Positions 59,975 through 64,000 of a stretch of 64,000 nt of DNA are shown in pieces. This stretch comes from Candidatus Eiseniibacteriota bacterium (lineage in GTDB: Bacteria > Eisenbacteria > RBG-16-71-46), in contig CAVSAC010000014.1 of NCBI GenBank assembly GCA_963725865.1, positions 1,056,001-1,120,000 of the forward strand, in the 5' to 3' direction. The notes under the pieces are model-generated. The model saw nothing but the letters and a program-made list of their open reading frames with translations. It ran no database searches and was not told where the DNA came from. The position numbers and the translations under genes are program-made. Each line of letters opens with the position of its first letter. The stretch's first letter is position 1.

Positions 59975-61405
59975 TCACCCGGCGCTGGCGTCGCCGCGCT
60001 TCACCGCGCGATACATCCTCAGCGCGCGCTGCTTCTGGGTCGCGTGGTCGACCAGCGGAGCCGGGTAGTGCTCGCCCAGCGCGATCCCGGCGGCCGCCAG
60101 CTCCAGCGGCGGCGCCTGCCACGGGCGCTGGATCCACGCCGCGTCCAGCCGCGCGAGCTCCGGCAACCAGCGGCGCACGTAGGCGCCGTCGGCGTCGAAG
60201 CGCTGCCCCTGCAGTACCGGATTGAAGACGCGGAACCACGGCTGCGCGTCGGTGCCGGTGCCGGCGGACCACTGCCAGCCGCCGTTGTTGCTCGCGAGGT
60301 CGCCGTCCACCAGCTGCGTCATGAAGTGGCGCTCGCCGAGCCGCCAGTCGAGCAGCAGGTCCTTCGTGAGGAACGACGCCGCGATCATGCGCGCGCGGTT
60401 GTGCATCCGCCCGGTGGCGGCCAGTTCGCGCATGCCGGCGTCCACGACCGGGTAACCGGTGCGGCCCGCCCGCCACGCGTCGAGGTGGGCGGGCTCGCCT
60501 TCCCAGCGCAACGCGTCGTACTCGCGACGGAACGCGCCGCGCTCGCAGTGCGGAAAGTGCCACATCACGTGCGCGAAGAAGTCGCGCCAGCGCAGCTCGC
60601 GCACGTAGGCCGCCGCCGCCTCCCGCAGGCGCGCGTCCGCGCGTGCGGCCGCAGTCACGGCCTGCACGAGCGCGCGCACGCCGAGTGTGCCGAAGCGCAG
60701 ATCCGCGGACAGCCCCGACGTGGCGGCGGACGCCAGGCGGTCGCGTCCGGTGGCGTAGTCCGCGAGTCCCTGCCCCAGGAAGCGCGCGAGCCGCGCTCGT
60801 GCGGCCGCGGCGCCTCCCGGCCACGGCGCCTGCGCGGTCGCGAGGCCGAGCCGCGCGAGCGGGGCGAGCGGGCGGCTCGCGAGCGAGTGCGCCGCCAGTC
60901 GCTCGACGGCGGGGCGCGCGGGCTCCGGCGGCACGCGCTCGCACGCGCGCCAGAACGGCGTGAACACCTCGAACGGGGTGCCCGCGCCGGTGCGCACCGC
61001 GCCCGGCGCCACCAGCAGGCGGTCGTGGAACCGCCGCACGCGCACCCCGGCGGCGAGCAGCGCGCGCTCGACGGCGGCATCGCGGGCGACCAGCGCCGGC
61101 TCGTACTCGTCGTTCCAGTACACCGCGTCGACGGCGGCCAGCCGCGCCGCGCGCGTCACCGTCGCGACGGCGTCGCCGTGATCGAGCACCAGGGTCGAAC
61201 CGGCGCGGACGATCGCATCGTGCAGGTCCGCGAGCGACTCCAGCACGAAGCGCACGCGCGTCGCGGACAGGTCGGGCCGCGCGAGCAGCGCGGGCTCGCT
61301 GGCGTAGAACGGCACCACGTCGCCGCCGGCGTCGAGCGCGGCCTGGTGGAGCGCGGTGTTGTCGTCGAGGCGAAGATCCTTGCGGAACCAGAACAGGATG
61401 CGCAT
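59975..61405 (-). CDS. phrB: Deoxyribodipyrimidine photolyase (class I)
   Basis: WFRKDLRLDDN, WRDFF, TGYPVVDAGMREL, MHNRARM, SNNGGWQW, RVFNP. Confidence 0.95.
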   Translation of the reverse strand: MRILFWFRKDLRLDDNTALHQAALDAGGDVVPFYASEPALLARPDLSATRVRFVLESLADLHDAIVRAGSTLVLDHGDAVATVTRAARLAAVDAVYWNDEYEPALVARDAAVERALLAAGVRVRRFHDRLLVAPGAVRTGAGTPFEVFTPFWRACERVPPEPARPAVERLAAHSLASRPLAPLARLGLATAQAPWPGGAAAARARLARFLGQGLADYATGRDRLASAATSGLSADLRFGTLGVRALVQAVTAAARADARLREAAAAYVRELRWRDFFAHVMWHFPHCERGAFRREYDALRWEGEPAHLDAWRAGRTGYPVVDAGMRELAATGRMHNRARMIAASFLTKDLLLDWRLGERHFMTQLVDGDLASNNGGWQWSAGTGTDAQPWFRVFNPVLQGQRFDADGAYVRRWLPELARLDAAWIQRPWQAPPLELAAAGIALGEHYPAPLVDHATQKQRALRMYRAVKRGDASAG

Positions 61406-61414
61406 GCGTGCCAG

Positions 61415-61978
61415 TCAGATGCCTCCGGCACCCGAACGATCCAGCGCCATCGCCTGCTGCTCCGCGCCCACGAACGTCGCGCCCTCGTGACGCAGCAGCC
61501 ACGCCTTGCGCTCCAATCCGCCCCCGTAGCCCCACAACGTCCCGTCGGCCGCGATCACGCGGTGGCACGGCACGAACAGCGCGACCGGGTTCGCGCCGTT
61601 CGCGGCACCCGCGGCGCGCACCGCGCGCGGGCGCCCGATCCGCGCGGCGAGCTCCGCATAGGTCCACGTGCGGCCAAAGGGGATGCCGCGCAGCGCGCCC
61701 CACACGTCGATCTGGAAGGGCGTGCCGAGCAGCTCGACCGGCTGCTCGTCGAGCGCGGCCAGCTCGCCGGCGAAGTAGCGCACGAGGCGGCTCGCGGCGC
61801 CGGCGGCGTCACGATGCGGGCGCAGCTCGAGCGGTCCGCCCCGGCGCGCGAGCTGCGCCATCAGCCCGCCGTCCGGCTCCGGTCCGGCGCCGAACCCGAG
61901 CCCGACGAGGCGTTCCCCGTGTGCCAGCAGCGTGAGCGGACCGATCGGGGTGTCGGTGACCGTGCGATCGAGGATCAT
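61415..61978 (-). CDS. ogt: Methylated-DNA-protein-cysteine methyltransferase
   Basis: GTPFQ, RAAGAANGANP, VPCHRV, LLRHEG. Confidence 0.95.
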   Translation of the reverse strand: MILDRTVTDTPIGPLTLLAHGERLVGLGFGAGPEPDGGLMAQLARRGGPLELRPHRDAAGAASRLVRYFAGELAALDEQPVELLGTPFQIDVWGALRGIPFGRTWTYAELAARIGRPRAVRAAGAANGANPVALFVPCHRVIAADGTLWGYGGGLERKAWLLRHEGATFVGAEQQAMALDRSGAGGI

Positions 61979-63543
61979 GGTGCCTCCCGGGTTGGAGCGT
62001 GGGACGTGCGCGGCCGCCGCGCGCGCCGCGGCTGCGAACGGGGTGTCGCGGCGGACTCGCGCTGCCCGGCGCCGCGCGGCGCCGCGGCCGGTTCCGTCCA
62101 CAGCGCGATGACGGCGTATGCACGCCATGGCCGCCACGGCTCGGCGAGCGCGAGCACCTCCCGCTCGGTGGGCAGCCGCCCGCCGCGCGCGAGCGCCTTG
62201 CGCACGCCGAGGTCGCCGGCCGGGAACGCGTCGGGCTCGCCGAGCGCGCGCATCGCGATGTAGTGCGCGGTCCAATCGCCGATCCCCGGCCGCGCCGTGA
62301 GGCGGGCGATCGCGTCGTCCAGGCCCTGCGACGCGCCCAGCACGAGCGTGCCGTCCGCGACCGCGCGCGCGAATCCGCGCAGCGCGGCCGCCCGGGCGCG
62401 CGTGAGGCCGAGCCGCTCGAGCGGCGCTTCCGCGACCGCGGCGGGCTCCGGGAAACCGTGCGTGAGCGTGCCGTCCGCTGCGTGCGCCGGCGTGCCGCAC
62501 GCGGCGACCAGCCGGCCCGCGAGTGTGCGGGCCGCCGCGACCGACACCTGCTGGCCGAGCAGCGCGCGCACGCCCGCCTCGAACGCGTCGAATGCGCCGG
62601 GCACCCGCACCGTGCGCCGTCCGAGCGCGCGCGCGAGGCGCGGGTCGCGCCGCAGGTGCCGCGCGATCGCCGCGGCATCGGCGTCGAGGTCGAACAGGCG
62701 CGTGACGCGCGCGATCAACCACGGCAACGCGGCGATCGCGGCCGGCGGCACGCGCAACGTCACGCCCGCGTCCGCCGCGACGTGCGCCTCGAGCACCCGC
62801 GGGCCGCGGCTGGCGCCGCGTTCGCCCCCGAGCACGAATGTCCTGCGATACACGTCCCCGCGCACCTCCTCGACGCCGGGAATCGCGCGCGCGGCGAAGA
62901 AGGCCAGCAACGGGCGCGGGTCGAACGGCGGGCGCGCCGGCAGGCGCAGCACGAGCGCGCCGGCCGCGTCGGCGGCCCGCGCGGCTCGCCGCCCTCGCAG
63001 TTCCGCGGGCGCGCGCCGGAACGTCTGCCGGATCGTGTCGTGCAGGCGTCGTGCGCTGCCGAACCCGCTCGCGCACGCGACGTCCTCGAGCGGCAACGCC
63101 GTCTCCTCCAGCAGCCGGCGTGCGAGGTGCGCCTGGCGCGTGCGCGCCACCGCGGACGGCGACGCGCCGACCTGTTCCAGGAACAGCGCGCGCAACCAGC
63201 GCGACGTGACGCCGAGGCGCGCCGCGAGGACCTCGAGCGAGCCGTGCGCGAGCGCGCCCTCGTCGATCAGGCGCAGCGCGCGCGTCACCGTCGCGGACGT
63301 GCCGCGCCACGCGGCGCTGCCGGGCGCGCTGTCGGGCCGGCAGCGCAGGCAGGCACGGAAGCCGGCGGATTCGGCGGCGGCCGGGGAGGCGTAGAAACGG
63401 ACGTGACGCCGCGCCGGCAGCTTCGCCGGGCAGCCGGGCCGACAGTAGATCCCGGTCGAGGTCACGCCCATCACGAAGCGTCCGACGAATCGGCGGTCGC
63501 GGCTCACCCACGCGCGCCAGCAGGTCTCGGCGTCGAGCATCAT
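61975..63543 (-). CDS. alkA: Ada-AlkA fusion (Ada Zn sensor, AraC HTH, 3-methyladenine glycosylase)
   Basis: TGIYCRPGCP..FRACLRCRP; ASGFGS; LLGQQVS; PGIGDWTA; WRPWRAYA. Confidence 0.93.
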   Translation of the reverse strand: MMLDAETCWRAWVSRDRRFVGRFVMGVTSTGIYCRPGCPAKLPARRHVRFYASPAAAESAGFRACLRCRPDSAPGSAAWRGTSATVTRALRLIDEGALAHGSLEVLAARLGVTSRWLRALFLEQVGASPSAVARTRQAHLARRLLEETALPLEDVACASGFGSARRLHDTIRQTFRRAPAELRGRRAARAADAAGALVLRLPARPPFDPRPLLAFFAARAIPGVEEVRGDVYRRTFVLGGERGASRGPRVLEAHVAADAGVTLRVPPAAIAALPWLIARVTRLFDLDADAAAIARHLRRDPRLARALGRRTVRVPGAFDAFEAGVRALLGQQVSVAAARTLAGRLVAACGTPAHAADGTLTHGFPEPAAVAEAPLERLGLTRARAAALRGFARAVADGTLVLGASQGLDDAIARLTARPGIGDWTAHYIAMRALGEPDAFPAGDLGVRKALARGGRLPTEREVLALAEPWRPWRAYAVIALWTEPAAAPRGAGQRESAATPRSQPRRARRPRTSHAPTREAP

Positions 63544-63768
63544 GGGAAGAGGGATACCACGACCGCGGCCCGCGGGACGGACGATTCCGGAAGTCGAACG
63601 GGAGCCCTCCCGCCGCCGGCTGAGCGCCGCGGGCCGGCGGGAGCGGGGCCGCCCGCGCGGGGGCGATCGCGGTGGCCGCGCCGCCGCCGCTCCGATAGAC
63701 TCGCGAGCCGCTTCGCCTGCATGCGGCGCCGCGATGCGCCCCGATCGACCCACCCGGACCTCACGCTC

Positions 63769-64000
63769 ATGCGCTCGTCGCTCATGTTGTGGATCCTCGC
63801 GATCCTGCTCACGCTGTTCTCGGCCTCGTGGCAACGCCGCACCGGCCCGACTCATCCGCTGTCGGGACACGCGCACGTCGCCGGGCAGGACGTCGCGTGG
63901 ACGTTCGAACGCACGCACAAGGGCGCTGGCGGACAGCGCGTCGAGCTGACCGTGCCGCCCGCGGTCACCGGCACGATGGAGTGGCGGAGGCACGGCGCCG
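63769..64000 (+). CDS. Hypothetical membrane protein (3' truncated by window; not in ORF track)
   Basis: ATG 63769 MRSSLMLWILAILLTLFSASWQRRTGPTHP..., open to window end. Confidence 0.6.
   Translation, partial: MRSSLMLWILAILLTLFSASWQRRTGPTHPLSGHAHVAGQDVAWTFERTHKGAGGQRVELTVPPAVTGTMEWRRHGA

Overview
Very GC-rich, gene-dense chromosomal window from a diderm bacterium (several outer-membrane beta-barrels, TolC). Secreted proteins ending in a FlgD-Ig-like tail or a TWGxLKxxYR tail suggest Ca. Eisenbacteria or a related FCB-group lineage (inference). About 56 CDS; I saw no rRNA, tRNA, CRISPR array or mobile element. The standout is a five-gene, tightly packed minus-strand operon (about 42.5-50.8 kb). 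It encodes a His-bearing membrane protein, a membrane-anchored ferredoxin plus circularly permuted TrxR-like flavoprotein, a 20-heme and a 28-heme cytochrome c, and an outer-membrane beta-barrel. A sigma54-type promoter and a Rex/CRP-like palindrome lie upstream. It looks like a complete NAD(P)H-to-cell-surface electron conduit. Other points of note: an AAA-less FhlA-like GAF(4Cys)-HTH regulator with operator repeats; a possible toxin/immunity pair; back-to-back ECF promoters; a Tat-bearing small partner of an amidase; a P1B-4 ATPase with an N-terminal extension; two single-base frameshifts at the same 12-mer just after signal peptides; and many apparently leaderless genes. All calls come from motif reading, not database searches.
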